Shown: positions 49,142 through 59,648, counted from the stretch's first letter. The stretch: DNA of 64,000 nt from Hydrotalea sp. (GCA_030054115.1 JASGCL010000004.1:106-64105), one strand, 5' to 3'. The notes: a model not told the origin generated them from the sequence alone. Program-made: numbers and translations.

Positions 49142-49999
49142 ATGGTGAAAAAAATTGTCCGGTTATTTTTCATGTTGTTGGGGGTGGCAACATACGCACC
49201 ACGGGTTATGGCCGCGCCGATAGATAATTTTATTCAGGCAATAAAATTGCGCGATGGCAATAAAATCCAATCCTTCATTACCGCCGACAAATCGATAGTT
49301 AGCCAAGCCAACCCAAATGGCGTAACGCCATTGATAGTCGCCAGCGGCATGGGGCAAATCGACGTCGATAAATTATTAATAAAAAATGGTGCCGACGTTA
49401 ACCAACCCGACCGCAATGGCCGCACGCCGTTGATGTATGCCGCCACCAATGGGCAAACCGCCGTGGTGGAATTGTTAATTGGGTCGGGGGCACGCGTTAA
49501 CCAACCCGACCATCGTGGCGCAAACGCCCTGATACTGGCCAGTGCCAGCGGATTAAGCCAATTGGCCACGGTGCAATCCCTAATAAAACATGGCGGGCGG
49601 GTTGACATGGCCGATAAAGACGGCAACACCGCATTGATATTCGCCAGCCTGGCCGGGCAAACCGCCATCGTGCAAAGCTTGATACAACATGGTGCGCGGG
49701 TCAACCAATCGGCGATTGTCGGCACCACACCGTTGATGGTGGCGGCATTGGCGGGGCGGGCCGATGTCGCCAAATTATTATTAAAAAATGGCGCAAATGT
49801 TAACCAAGCCAACAAAGCCGGCGACACGCCGTTGATGTTGGCCAGCATGAAGGGGCAAACCGCCGTCGCCGCATTGTTAATAAAAAATGGCGCAAATGTT
49901 AACCAATATGGCGCGGGCAATGCCACGGCATTAACCATGGCGCAACAGGCCAAGCAACCGGAAATAATTGCCCTCCTTGAAAAACACGGCGCGAAGTAA
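49142..49999 (+). CDS. Secreted ankyrin-repeat protein (Sec signal peptide plus about 7 ANK repeats)
   Basis: There is a signal peptide ending AAPID, then repeated G-TPL--A---G----V--LL--GA-VN motifs, and a C-terminus IIALLEKHGAK. Confidence 0.85.
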   Translation: MVKKIVRLFFMLLGVATYAPRVMAAPIDNFIQAIKLRDGNKIQSFITADKSIVSQANPNGVTPLIVASGMGQIDVDKLLIKNGADVNQPDRNGRTPLMYAATNGQTAVVELLIGSGARVNQPDHRGANALILASASGLSQLATVQSLIKHGGRVDMADKDGNTALIFASLAGQTAIVQSLIQHGARVNQSAIVGTTPLMVAALAGRADVAKLLLKNGANVNQANKAGDTPLMLASMKGQTAVAALLIKNGANVNQYGAGNATALTMAQQAKQPEIIALLEKHGAK

Positions 50000-50020
50000 A
50001 ACTTTGGTTTTTTTTTAGAA

Positions 50021-50050
50021 TTGACGAATTATTACAATTTTGACTATAGT
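50021..50050 (+). promoter_or_regulatory. Sigma70-like promoter for ankyrin gene 2 (-35 TTGACG, 18-nt spacer, -10 TATAGT)
   Basis: It is a paralogous copy of the 49095 promoter. Confidence 0.45.
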
Positions 50051-50056
50051 CGCAGA

Positions 50057-50911
50057 ATGATGAAGAAAATTGCCCTATTATTTTTTATGTTGCTTGGCCT
50101 GGCCACGCACGCCACCGCCGCACCAATAGACGATTTGATTCAGGCGATAAAATCAAATGATATTAACAAGGTGCGATCGATGATTGCCGCCAACAAATCG
50201 TTGGTTAATCAAGGCGACAAGAATGGTTGGACAGCTTTAATATATGCGAGTGGAAATGGACAAGTTGATATGGCTGAATTATTACTAAAAAATAGTGCGG
50301 ATGTTAATCAAGCCACTAAAGATGGCGCAACTGCTGGCGCAACCGCTTTGATGATTGCGAGCATGGAAGGACAAGTTGATATGGCTGAATTATTACTAAA
50401 AAATAGTGCGGATGTTAATCAAGCCACTAAAGATGGCTTAACAGCTTTGATGCTGGCGAGTGAATCTGGATTGACAGCTATAGCAAAAATTTTAATAAAA
50501 TATGATGCCAATGTTAATCAAGCGGACAAAAAAGGCGACACCGCTCTAATATATGCGATATCGAATGGGAAAATAGATATAGTAAAACTTTTAATAAAAA
50601 ATGGCGCGAATGTTAATCAAGCGGGCAAAGATGGAAGGACAGCATTGACGGTGGCGAGCGGTCAAGGACAAACCGCCATCGCGGCGTTATTAATAAAGAA
50701 GGGGGCAAATGTTAATCAATATGGTGAGGGTGGCATAACAGCCTTGATGGTGGCGAGTGTTTATGGGCAAGTATCAGTAGCTGAATTATTATTAAAAAAT
50801 GGCGCAAATATAAATCAATATGGCGAGGGTGGTGTAACGGCATTAAGTATTGCTCAAACCAAAAAACAATGGGAAATGATAGCCCTTCTCGAAAAACACG
50901 GCGCGAAATAA
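50057..50911 (+). CDS. Secreted ankyrin-repeat protein, a paralog of 49142..49999 but AT-richer
   Basis: It shows the same signal-peptide/AAPIDDLIQAIK architecture and the C-terminus MIALLEKHGAK. Confidence 0.85.
   Translation: MMKKIALLFFMLLGLATHATAAPIDDLIQAIKSNDINKVRSMIAANKSLVNQGDKNGWTALIYASGNGQVDMAELLLKNSADVNQATKDGATAGATALMIASMEGQVDMAELLLKNSADVNQATKDGLTALMLASESGLTAIAKILIKYDANVNQADKKGDTALIYAISNGKIDIVKLLIKNGANVNQAGKDGRTALTVASGQGQTAIAALLIKKGANVNQYGEGGITALMVASVYGQVSVAELLLKNGANINQYGEGGVTALSIAQTKKQWEMIALLEKHGAK
50258..50437. repeat. Intragenic direct duplication: two identical 69-bp segments (50258-50326 and 50369-50437), 111 bp apart, that duplicate one ANK unit
   Basis: The DNA identity was read directly. 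The encoded sequence GQVDMAELLLKNSADVNQATKDG appears twice. Confidence 0.85.
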
Positions 50912-50960
50912 TTGCTAGTGGCAACAAGTTTGGTTCTATGGCCATGCCCAATATACTAAA

Positions 50961-51497
50961 CTAGCGGGATTCAAACCACGCGTCAGATTTTTCTTTGGTG
51001 TTTTCGGTCCATAATTTGTTAAAATTTCGTTGATAGGCGTCGGCCACCGGTTGGTTGTCGGTTATGAAAACGCAATTTTCGGCGTTGTGTTTGCTGGCGC
51101 TTTCGGTGAAATTAAACGACCCGGTCATTATTTTTTTGTCGTCCACCACCACATATTTGTTATGTTGAATGCGGTGCACGCTGTGCACGCGAATATCAAC
51201 CCCGGCATTGTGCAATTGTTTGACGCGCGAATTTTTTCCGCTGGCCTGTAACTTATCGGCCAAAATACGCAAATGAATTTTGTTGCGGTCAACCGCCAAC
51301 AGCGCGTTGGTTATTTTTTCATTATTCAGGGCATAGGCCGCCACGTCGACGCTGGCCCGCGCCGACGCCACCATCGCCACCAACCGATTTTCGCAATCGG
51401 TCGACGGCGAAAAAAACGGCACAACATCGGCCGCGCCGCGATGATACGGCGCAAAACACAACAGCACGAAGAAAAACAACTTTCCCCAACTCTTCAT
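50961..51497 (-). CDS. Phospholipase D / Nuc-like single-HKD family protein with a signal peptide
   Basis: The HKD motif HNKYVVVDD...GSFNFTESA is present. The size of about 175 aa matches Nuc and the Rickettsia Pld type. Confidence 0.75.
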   Translation of the reverse strand: MKSWGKLFFFVLLCFAPYHRGAADVVPFFSPSTDCENRLVAMVASARASVDVAAYALNNEKITNALLAVDRNKIHLRILADKLQASGKNSRVKQLHNAGVDIRVHSVHRIQHNKYVVVDDKKIMTGSFNFTESASKHNAENCVFITDNQPVADAYQRNFNKLWTENTKEKSDAWFESR

Positions 51498-51559
51498 CCC
51501 TTAATTGTAATAAGATTCTTTATACTTGCAAGTAGAAAAAAGCTTTATTTTTTCTATTC

Positions 51560-52666
51560 TCAGCCATTAAATTCCTTCACCGCCGTAATCACCGCCGCAA
51601 TGTCGCCCTCGGGCATGAATGGGTAAATCGGCAGGCTGATAACCTCGCCCTGCAACATTTCGGCAATGGGGAAATCGCCAATTTTATAGCCCAAGTTTTT
51701 GTAAGCCGATTGCAAATGTGGCGCGATAGGGTAATGAATCAACGTGCCAATGTTGGCCCGCGTCAAATGTTGTTGCAATTTATCGCGCTGGCCATTTTTC
51801 ACCCGCACGACAAATAAATGCCACACCGCGTCGGCACCATCAATAACCCGTGGCAAAATAATTGTTTCGCAATGTTGCAATTCGGCCAAATAACGCGCCG
51901 CAATTTTTTTGCGTTGGTCATTCCATTCGTCCAGGTGTGGCAATTTCGCCAACAAAAACGCCGCCTGCAATTCATCCAACCGCGAATTGTAACCCTGCAA
52001 TTCATTGACATATTTTATTTCCGACCCATAATTGCGGAGCATCCTCACACGGCGCGCCACAGCCTCGTCATTGGTGGTGACCACGCCGCCATCGCCCAAT
52101 GCGCCTAAGTTTTTCCCCGGGTAAAGGCTTATTCCCGCCGCGTCGCCCAACGCGCCAACGCGGCGGCCGCGATAAATTGCACCCTGCGCCTGCGCGCCAT
52201 CCTCGATGACTTTCAATCCATGTTGTTGGGCGATGGTGTTTATCTCATCCATCGCGCATGGTTGGCCATATAAATGCACTGCCATAATCGCGCGGGTTTT
52301 TTTGGTTATCGCCTGTTCAATTTTTTTGGCGTCGATATTGTGGGTCGCGGCGTCGGGTTCAACCGGTATCGGCGTTGCGCCGCTGTATGAAACCGCCAGC
52401 CAACTGGCGATGTAGGTGTTGCTCGGCACAATAACCTCGTCGCCGTCGCCAATCCCCATGGCGCGCAAAATTAAATGCAAAGCCTCCAACCCATTGCCAA
52501 CCCCGATGGCGTGGTTAACGCCGCAATAATCGGCGAATGATTTTTCAAACGCCTGCAATTCCTTGCCCAACACCAATATGCCCGATTGCAACACGCGGGT
52601 CAGGGCGGCCTGCAATTGTTTTTCAACCTGCTGGTGCTGGGGTTTTAAATTTAAAAAATCGACCAT
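51560..52666 (-). CDS. DegT/DnrJ/EryC1-type PLP sugar aminotransferase (FdtB-like)
   Basis: The sequence [11 protein letters not shown] ... [11 protein letters not shown] ... HLYGQP is present, indicating a dTDP-keto-sugar transaminase. Confidence 0.8.
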   Translation of the reverse strand: MVDFLNLKPQHQQVEKQLQAALTRVLQSGILVLGKELQAFEKSFADYCGVNHAIGVGNGLEALHLILRAMGIGDGDEVIVPSNTYIASWLAVSYSGATPIPVEPDAATHNIDAKKIEQAITKKTRAIMAVHLYGQPCAMDEINTIAQQHGLKVIEDGAQAQGAIYRGRRVGALGDAAGISLYPGKNLGALGDGGVVTTNDEAVARRVRMLRNYGSEIKYVNELQGYNSRLDELQAAFLLAKLPHLDEWNDQRKKIAARYLAELQHCETIILPRVIDGADAVWHLFVVRVKNGQRDKLQQHLTRANIGTLIHYPIAPHLQSAYKNLGYKIGDFPIAEMLQGEVISLPIYPFMPEGDIAAVITAVKEFNG

Positions 52667-52668
52667 GG

Positions 52669-53097
52669 TTACGCGCCTTGCTTAGCCGATGTTTTTACCG
52701 CGGTTAAAAATTCCGGGTGGTGGCGAATATAATCGTCCGCGTCATATAATTGGTCGGTCAGCACCAAACAAACCGCGCCTTGCGAAAAACCATCCAGCCG
52801 CGACCATATCATCGCCGGCACATATAACCCAACATCGGGTTTATCCAAGGTTATTTTTTTTGTCGCTTGGCCATCATCCAGCATAATATCGAACGAACCA
52901 TGAATGGCAATAAAAAATTGCTTTGCACGTTTATGCGCATGGTCGCCACGGGTTGCGCCATTTGCAATATCGTAAAGATAAAAAATTCGGGCGATGGCGA
53001 ATGGCACGTGATTGTTTTCCTCGACAAAGGACAATGAACCGCGCTCATCGTCTACCCGTGGCAGGTTAACCAATTTGCATAATTCCAACATCATCAT
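52669..53097 (-). CDS. WxcM/FdtA-like dTDP-4-keto-6-deoxyhexose 3,4-isomerase (cupin)
   Basis: The size of about 140 aa fits, and the sequence [13 protein letters not shown] ... HAHK is present. Confidence 0.65.
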   Translation of the reverse strand: MMMLELCKLVNLPRVDDERGSLSFVEENNHVPFAIARIFYLYDIANGATRGDHAHKRAKQFFIAIHGSFDIMLDDGQATKKITLDKPDVGLYVPAMIWSRLDGFSQGAVCLVLTDQLYDADDYIRHHPEFLTAVKTSAKQGA

Positions 53098-53100
53098 TGC

Positions 53101-54081
53101 CTATTCGTAAAAATCTTTTATCACCGCCGACGGGCGTTTGTTGGTTTCGTCAAATACTCGCCAAATATATTCGCCGATAATGCCCAGCATCAATATCACC
53201 AGCCCGAGCAAAAATGCCACCATCGCAAACAACGACGCATAACCCGGCACCACCTGCGCGCCGGAAAATCGGTCAACCACGGCATAGATGCCAAAACCAA
53301 AACTGGCGGCGGCGACCAACAGCCCAAGCAAAGACATCAGGCGAATCGGCTTGGCCGAATAGCCAAGAAAAATATCCAAAAAGGCGATGAGTTTTTTGCC
53401 GAACGTCCATTTTGATTTGCCGTATTTTCGGGCAACGCGGTCGTAATAAATAACCTTTGGCGTGAAACCAAGCCAGTGCGATAAAATGGCGGCAAAAAAA
53501 CTTTTACTGCCCTGCTGAAAAAATGGCAGAAAAACCTTATCCATCAATGCCATGTCGAATCCGCCCTTTGGAAAATTTTTTACCACCAGCATGCGCAACA
53601 ACCAATAATAAAACCCCGACAGCAATTTGCTGATAAACGGGTCTTGGCGTGACCGCCGCACCGCAATGACATATCGCTCGCCGCGCAACCACCATTCGAC
53701 CATCTCGACAATCAATTGCGGCGGGTCTTGCAAATCGGCGGCCAGCGATAAAAAACAATCGCCGGTCACAAATTTTGACGCTTCCTTGGTCGCGGCCATC
53801 TCGCCAAAATTACGGCTCAGGTCGATAATTTTGGTGGCGGGGCGGGTTTTTTTGAATGATAATAATTTTTCCAACGAATTATCTTGCGACCCATCATTGA
53901 CGAACAACAATTCTAACCCCACATCATCGGCGGCGATTTTTTTTTCAACATCTTTTAAGGCGGCAAACAAATCGGTCAGGCTCCCCGCATTTTCATAAAC
54001 CGGCACAATCACCGACAGAATTTTTTTGCCGGCCTTGCGACGCGCATTTCTTGCGGATGATGGTAAAGATGCTTTTGTCAT
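53101..54081 (-). CDS. Family-2 glycosyltransferase, GtrB/ArnC-like polyprenyl-phosphate sugar transferase, with C-terminal TM helices
   Basis: The sequence ILSVIVPVYEN ... VNDGSQD ... DLQDPP is followed by two C-terminal TM segments. Confidence 0.75.
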   Translation of the reverse strand: MTKASLPSSARNARRKAGKKILSVIVPVYENAGSLTDLFAALKDVEKKIAADDVGLELLFVNDGSQDNSLEKLLSFKKTRPATKIIDLSRNFGEMAATKEASKFVTGDCFLSLAADLQDPPQLIVEMVEWWLRGERYVIAVRRSRQDPFISKLLSGFYYWLLRMLVVKNFPKGGFDMALMDKVFLPFFQQGSKSFFAAILSHWLGFTPKVIYYDRVARKYGKSKWTFGKKLIAFLDIFLGYSAKPIRLMSLLGLLVAAASFGFGIYAVVDRFSGAQVVPGYASLFAMVAFLLGLVILMLGIIGEYIWRVFDETNKRPSAVIKDFYE

Positions 54082-54087
54082 GTCGTC

Positions 54088-54975
54088 TTAACGTCCGGTG
54101 GTTAAAATACGTCTTAGATATTGCCCGTAATCATTTTTTGCCAATGGCTTGGCCAGGGCTTCCAATTGCTGGTCGTTTATCCATTGTTGCCGCCACGCAA
54201 TTTCCTCGGGGCAGGCAATTTTTAACCCCTGACGATTTTCGATGGTGGCGACAAATTGCGCCGCGGCGATAAGCGCATCGGGCGTGCCGGTGTCAAGCCA
54301 TGCCTGGCCGCGCCCCAACAATTCAACCGACAATTTTTCATCGCGCAAATAATCATTGTTCAAATCGGTAATTTCCAATTCGCCGCGCGGCGATGGTTTT
54401 ATTTTTTTGGCGCGCGCCGATGCCGTTGCGTCGTAAAAATATAATCCGGTAACCGCATAGTTTGATTTCGGCGCGGTCGGTTTTTCAACCAGGCTTAGCA
54501 CGCGGTTGTTTTTGTCAAATTCGACAACGCCGTAATCTGACGGGTTGGTCACGTGATAGGCAAAAACCGACGCGCCATCTTGCTTTGCATTGGCGCGCAA
54601 TAAAATATCCGACATGTCATTGCCATAAAAAACATTGTCGCCCAGGATTAAAGCCGATGGCGCGCCGGCCAAAAAATCCTCGGCCAAAATCAAGGCCTCG
54701 GCCAGGCCGTTGGGCGTCGCCTGCACCTTATAATGAAAATCCATGCCCCATTGTTGGCCGTCTGATAACAATTGGCCAAAGCGCGGCGTGTCCTCGGGGG
54801 TGGAGATTATCATCACCTCGCGAATGCCGGCCAGCATCAAAACGCTTAAAGGATAATAAATCATCGGCTTATCATATATCGGCAACAATTGTTTCGACAT
54901 GGCGCGCGTCATGGGGTAAAGGCGCGTGCCCGACCCGCCCGCCAAAATAATACCTTTTCTTTTTTTATCACTCAT
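54088..54975 (-). CDS. rfbA: Glucose-1-phosphate thymidylyltransferase
   Basis: The sequence [17 protein letters not shown] is present. Confidence 0.9.
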   Translation of the reverse strand: MSDKKRKGIILAGGSGTRLYPMTRAMSKQLLPIYDKPMIYYPLSVLMLAGIREVMIISTPEDTPRFGQLLSDGQQWGMDFHYKVQATPNGLAEALILAEDFLAGAPSALILGDNVFYGNDMSDILLRANAKQDGASVFAYHVTNPSDYGVVEFDKNNRVLSLVEKPTAPKSNYAVTGLYFYDATASARAKKIKPSPRGELEITDLNNDYLRDEKLSVELLGRGQAWLDTGTPDALIAAAQFVATIENRQGLKIACPEEIAWRQQWINDQQLEALAKPLAKNDYGQYLRRILTTGR

Positions 54976-55001
54976 GATTTATTTTACCCGCTATCAATTT
55001 T

Positions 55002-56078
55002 TTATGGTTGGCGCGCGCCGTAATTTTTTTTCAGCCAATCCTGATAATCGCCACTCACCACACGCTTCACCCAATCTTGGTTTTGCAAATACCAGGCGAC
55101 GGTTAATGCCAAGCCTTTTTCTATATCAAGCATCGGCTTAAAACCCAAGGTTTTTCCTATCTTTGCGATATTCATGCCATAACGAAAATCGTGACCCGGG
55201 CGGTCTTTGACATAGGTCAATTGCGCGTGGTAGCTATTTTTTTTCGGTTGTAATTTATCCAGCAGGTCGGCGATGAGCTTGGCAAGCGATAAATTATCGC
55301 ATTCGCCATTGCCGCCGATGCCGTAAACCTCCCCCACCTTGCCCGCCGCCAATATCATCATCAATGCCCGCGCATGGTCGCCGACAAACAACCAATCACG
55401 AATATTTTCGCCCTTGCCATAAATCGGCATCGCCTCACCGCTCAGGCCGCGCGTAATCATCAGCGGGATAAATTTTTCTGGAAATTGATAGTGCCCATAA
55501 TTGTTGGTGCAATTGCCGATGATGGTCGGCAAGCCATAGGTATGGTGGTAGGCCCGCACCAAATGATCCGCCCCAGCCTTTGACGCGGCATAGGGGCTAT
55601 TGGGGCGATAGGGGCTGGCTTCATCGAACGGCGCGTCATTTTTTTCGAGCGAGCCAAAAACCTCATCGGTCGAAATATGCAAAAAACGAAATTGCGATTT
55701 TTCTTGCGCCGGCAAATTTTGCCAATAACCATGGCAAGATTTTAACAATTGCGCGGTGCCGACAATGTTGGTGGTGATAAAATCATCGGGCGATAAAATC
55801 GACCGGTCAACGTGGCTTTCGGCGGCGAAATGCACCACGGCGTCAATATGTTCGGTTTGCAAAATCTTTGTCACCAATTGTTCATCGCCGATATCGCCGC
55901 GTTGAAAAACATAACGCGGGTCGTTGGCAATCGGTAACAGATTATCCAAATTGCCGGCATAGGTTAATTTATCAAGGTTCACCAAACGCTCGACAGGTAA
56001 AATATTTTGCGCCGCCAAAACATCGCGGACGAAGCAACTGCCGATAAAGCCGGCCCCGCCAGTTACCAAAATTCTCAT
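55002..56078 (-). CDS. rfbB: dTDP-glucose 4,6-dehydratase
   Basis: The sequence MRILVTGGAGFIGS ... YxxxK is present. Confidence 0.9.
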   Translation of the reverse strand: MRILVTGGAGFIGSCFVRDVLAAQNILPVERLVNLDKLTYAGNLDNLLPIANDPRYVFQRGDIGDEQLVTKILQTEHIDAVVHFAAESHVDRSILSPDDFITTNIVGTAQLLKSCHGYWQNLPAQEKSQFRFLHISTDEVFGSLEKNDAPFDEASPYRPNSPYAASKAGADHLVRAYHHTYGLPTIIGNCTNNYGHYQFPEKFIPLMITRGLSGEAMPIYGKGENIRDWLFVGDHARALMMILAAGKVGEVYGIGGNGECDNLSLAKLIADLLDKLQPKKNSYHAQLTYVKDRPGHDFRYGMNIAKIGKTLGFKPMLDIEKGLALTVAWYLQNQDWVKRVVSGDYQDWLKKNYGARQP

Positions 56079-56101
56079 TTTTGCAATCTACCAAAAAATA
56101 A

Positions 56102-58816
56102 TTATTTCTTCAACCGCACGTTTTTGCCGTCGCGCTTCGCCATTTTTTCGGCGATAACCGCCCGCGCCGCCGTCAGGCGCGCTATCGGCACGCGATAGGG
56201 CGAACAAGAAACATAATCCAACCCGATGGCGTGGCAAAATATAATCGACGCCGGGTCGCCGCCATGTTCGCCGCAAATCCCCAGTTTTAAATCCTTGCGG
56301 GTTTTGCGGCCGCGTTCCTTGGCGATTTGCATCAATTCACCAACCCCGATGGTGTCGAGCGTTGCGAAGGGGTCATGTTCCAAAATTCCCTTTTGTTCGT
56401 AATGGTCCAAAAAATTACTGGAATCATCGCGCGACAGGCCGAATGTCGTCTGGGTTAAATCGTTGGTGCCAAAGCTAAAAAATTCGGCACGCTTGGCAAT
56501 TTCGCCAGCAATCAATGCGGCGCGCGGCAATTCTATCATCGTGCCGATTTTGTAACTTAATTTTATGCCCTGTTGTTGCATTACAATCGCCGCCTCGCGG
56601 TCGATAATATCGGCCAGTTTTGTCAATTCCAATTCTAAGCCCACCAGGGGAATCATCACCTCGCAGGCGACCAATTTTTTGGTGTTGGCAAACACCGCCG
56701 CCGCCGCCGAAAATATGGCGCGTGCCTGCATCTCGCAAATTTCGGGATAGGAGTTCAATAATCGGCAACCGCGATGGCCAAGCATCGGGTTCGATTCGTG
56801 CAACTCCTCGACGCGTTTTTGAATCCGCTCGACCGACAGGCCCAAGCTATCGGCCAGTTCTTGGCAATCGGCGGGCTCTTTCGGTAAAAATTCATGAAGC
56901 GGCGGGTCAAGCAACCTTATCGTTACCGGCGTGCCGGCCATGATGGTAAAAATATCGATAAAATCTTGGCGTTGCATCGGTTCGATTTTGGCCAGGGCGC
57001 GGCGGCGGTCTTCCTCCGAATCGGCCAAAATCATTTCGCGCACCGCGCGAATGCGCGATGGTTCAAAAAACATATGTTCGGTGCGGCACAGGCCAATCCC
57101 CTCCGCGCCAAATTTGCGCGCGGTGCGGCAATCCTCCGGCGTGTCGGCGTTGGTGCGCACGTTCAATCGCCGCACCTCATCGGCCCAGGTCATGACGGTG
57201 CCGAAATCGCCGCTGATGCTTGGCTCGATGGTGGTTAATTTGCCGGCAAAAACCTCACCGGTCGACCCATCGATAGCGACATAATCCCCCTTGCGCAATG
57301 TTACGCCGCGCGCCGTCATCGTGCCCTGCTCAACATTTATCGAAAGTTCAGACGCGCCAACCACGCAGGCACGACCCATGCCGCGTGCCACCACCGCGGC
57401 GTGCGATGTCATGCCGCCGCGCGCGGTGATAATACCGGCCGCGGCGTTCATGCCATGCACATCTTTGGGCGATGTTTCGACCCGCGCCAACATAACGGTT
57501 TTGCCCTCGTCCGCCCATTGCAAGGCGTCATCGGCGGTGAAAACCAATTGCCCCGACGCCGCGCCCGGGCTACCCGGCAGGCCCTTTGAAAAAATCTTTT
57601 TTTCAGCATTGGGGTCGATGATGGGGTGCAATACCTGGTCGAGCGTGCTGGGTTCTATTTTCATCAAGGCCTCTTCTTTGGTTAAGAGCCCCTCGGCCAC
57701 CCAATCACAGACAATTTTTAACGCCGCGGCGGTCGAACGTTTGCCGTTGCGGGTTTGCAACATGAATAATTTGTTGCGTTGCACGGTGAATTCCATGTCC
57801 TGCATGTCGCGGTAATGTTTTTCCAACAGGTCGCGGATTCGGCATAGTTCCTTGTAAGCTATCGGCATCGCCTCCTCCATCGATGGTTTTTCATCGCCAC
57901 GCGTCAGGCGTGATTTTTTCGTCAGGGCCTGCGGCGTTCTTATCCCCGCCACCACATCCTCGCCCTGGGCATTGACCAAAAATTCGCCGTAAAAAATATT
58001 TTCGCCGGTCGATGGGTCGCGGGTAAAGGCCACACCGGTCGCGCAATCATTGCCCATGTTGCCAAACACCATCGATTGCACATTGACCGCGGTGCCCCAG
58101 CCCTCGGGGTAATTATAAAGTTTGCGATAAACGATAGCGCGGTGCGACATCCAACTTTCGAACACCGCGGCGATTGCGCCCCATAATTGTTCCTCGGGGT
58201 TTTGTGGGAAGTCGTGGCCGGTATGTGTTTTGACCACCGATTTAAAATCGACGATAACTTTTTGCCAATCTTGCTCGGCCAATTCGGAATCATATTGCAC
58301 GTTTTTTAAATTACGCGCCGCCTCGACAATATTATCAAAATGCTCCTCGGCCACGTTCAACACCACCTCGCCATACATTTGAATGAATCGGCGATAACTA
58401 TCAAACGCAAACCGGCCATCGTTGGTTTTGTTTTTTAACCCCAGCACCGATGTATCATTCAGCCCCAGGTTCAACACCGTGTCCATCATCCCGGGCATCG
58501 ACACCCGCGCCCCCGACCGCACCGACACCAACAATGGGTTATCGCTCGAGCCAAATTCATAACCGGTGATTTTTTCCAACCGCGCCATGGCAAGGCGAAT
58601 GTCTTTTTTTAAAGCTTCGGGTAATTTTTTGCCGTCCTTGTAATAATCATTGCAAACCTCGGTCGTGATGGTAAAACCCGGCGGCACCGGCAGGCCAAGG
58701 TTGCACATCTCGGCCAGGTTGGCGCCCTTACCGCCCAGCAGGTTTTTATCAGTCGACTGGCCGTCGGCCTTGCCCTCTTGAAAAAAATAAATCGATTTTT
58801 TTGGTTTTGTTGCCAT
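56102..58816 (-). CDS. ppdK: Pyruvate, phosphate dikinase. The start is trimmed to MATKPKKSIYFF; the six-frame ORF runs 590 nt further upstream.
   Basis: The PEP-utilizing domains are present (GGMTSHAAVVARGMG). The length of 905 aa is typical for PPDK. Confidence 0.9.
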   Translation of the reverse strand: MATKPKKSIYFFQEGKADGQSTDKNLLGGKGANLAEMCNLGLPVPPGFTITTEVCNDYYKDGKKLPEALKKDIRLAMARLEKITGYEFGSSDNPLLVSVRSGARVSMPGMMDTVLNLGLNDTSVLGLKNKTNDGRFAFDSYRRFIQMYGEVVLNVAEEHFDNIVEAARNLKNVQYDSELAEQDWQKVIVDFKSVVKTHTGHDFPQNPEEQLWGAIAAVFESWMSHRAIVYRKLYNYPEGWGTAVNVQSMVFGNMGNDCATGVAFTRDPSTGENIFYGEFLVNAQGEDVVAGIRTPQALTKKSRLTRGDEKPSMEEAMPIAYKELCRIRDLLEKHYRDMQDMEFTVQRNKLFMLQTRNGKRSTAAALKIVCDWVAEGLLTKEEALMKIEPSTLDQVLHPIIDPNAEKKIFSKGLPGSPGAASGQLVFTADDALQWADEGKTVMLARVETSPKDVHGMNAAAGIITARGGMTSHAAVVARGMGRACVVGASELSINVEQGTMTARGVTLRKGDYVAIDGSTGEVFAGKLTTIEPSISGDFGTVMTWADEVRRLNVRTNADTPEDCRTARKFGAEGIGLCRTEHMFFEPSRIRAVREMILADSEEDRRRALAKIEPMQRQDFIDIFTIMAGTPVTIRLLDPPLHEFLPKEPADCQELADSLGLSVERIQKRVEELHESNPMLGHRGCRLLNSYPEICEMQARAIFSAAAAVFANTKKLVACEVMIPLVGLELELTKLADIIDREAAIVMQQQGIKLSYKIGTMIELPRAALIAGEIAKRAEFFSFGTNDLTQTTFGLSRDDSSNFLDHYEQKGILEHDPFATLDTIGVGELMQIAKERGRKTRKDLKLGICGEHGGDPASIIFCHAIGLDYVSCSPYRVPIARLTAARAVIAEKMAKRDGKNVRLKK

Positions 58817-59177
58817 GGGTTGGTCAGGTTTTGTTGGCAAGTTTTTTTGTTGGGGGGTGAGAATATAATTAAAAGTTGTCCAACACCTGTAATGAAAAAC
58901 GCCTAGCTTTTCAACCACAAAAAAATGAAGCTTTATTAAGAAAAAGCGAATTTTTTGGCTTGTCGATGCGGGGAATCGTTCTATAATGAAATAAATTTTT
59001 GTCATGCCAACAGCAAGTTTTTTATCCCCCGCCAGCCACCGCACCCAGCATGGCACACACCAATCCATCGCCCGTGCGGCAAACAATATGACAAGCAACA
59101 TCACCATCGACACCAACCCTGTTGTTACGGGCGAGGTTTTATATGGCCGATTATCCATCACGATAGCGCACAGCATA

Positions 59178-59648
59178 ATGCCGGCGGCGGTTATGACCTG
59201 CGGCCAACAATTGTTGGCACTGGAATTTATCGATGGTGATTCTGATAATGACATTACCCCAACATATGATAATTGGTTGCGGCGTTTTTCCCTGCGCAAG
59301 GAACAATGCCGAGCCATGACCGCGCCCGAAACAAAACATTGGCAAGCACAATTGCAATCATGGCAAAGGGGCGATGCCACGCCCAACCTGCGCCTTATCG
59401 GCACCGCATTTCAACAACGGGTGTGGCGCGCGTTGTTCGCGGTGGGTTATGGTCAAACCATTTCTTATTTTGATTTGGCCAAAAAAATCGACAGCCACCA
59501 TCGCGCGGTCGCCAAAAACGGCGTTGGCCGCAACCCGATATGTTATTTTGTGCCATGCCATCGCGTGGTGGCAAAAAACGGCGGCATTGGCGGTTACGGC
59601 GGCGGGTTAAATATAAAAATAAAACTATTGCAGGCCGAGCAATCATAG
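59178..59648 (+). CDS. ogt: Methylated-DNA--protein-cysteine methyltransferase
   Basis: The active site PCHRVV and a helix-turn-helix are present. The start is set at the internal Met. Confidence 0.8.
   Translation: MPAAVMTCGQQLLALEFIDGDSDNDITPTYDNWLRRFSLRKEQCRAMTAPETKHWQAQLQSWQRGDATPNLRLIGTAFQQRVWRALFAVGYGQTISYFDLAKKIDSHHRAVAKNGVGRNPICYFVPCHRVVAKNGGIGGYGGGLNIKIKLLQAEQS

Noticed and set aside
56102-59404. A 1100-aa ORF that would give ppdK a 195-aa N-terminal extension
   Set aside because: The extension is Cys/Arg-rich nonsense with no PPDK homology. The conserved PPDK N-terminus MATKPKKSIYFF begins at the in-frame ATG at 58816, and a normal AT-rich promoter region follows. I trimmed the gene to 56102..58816.
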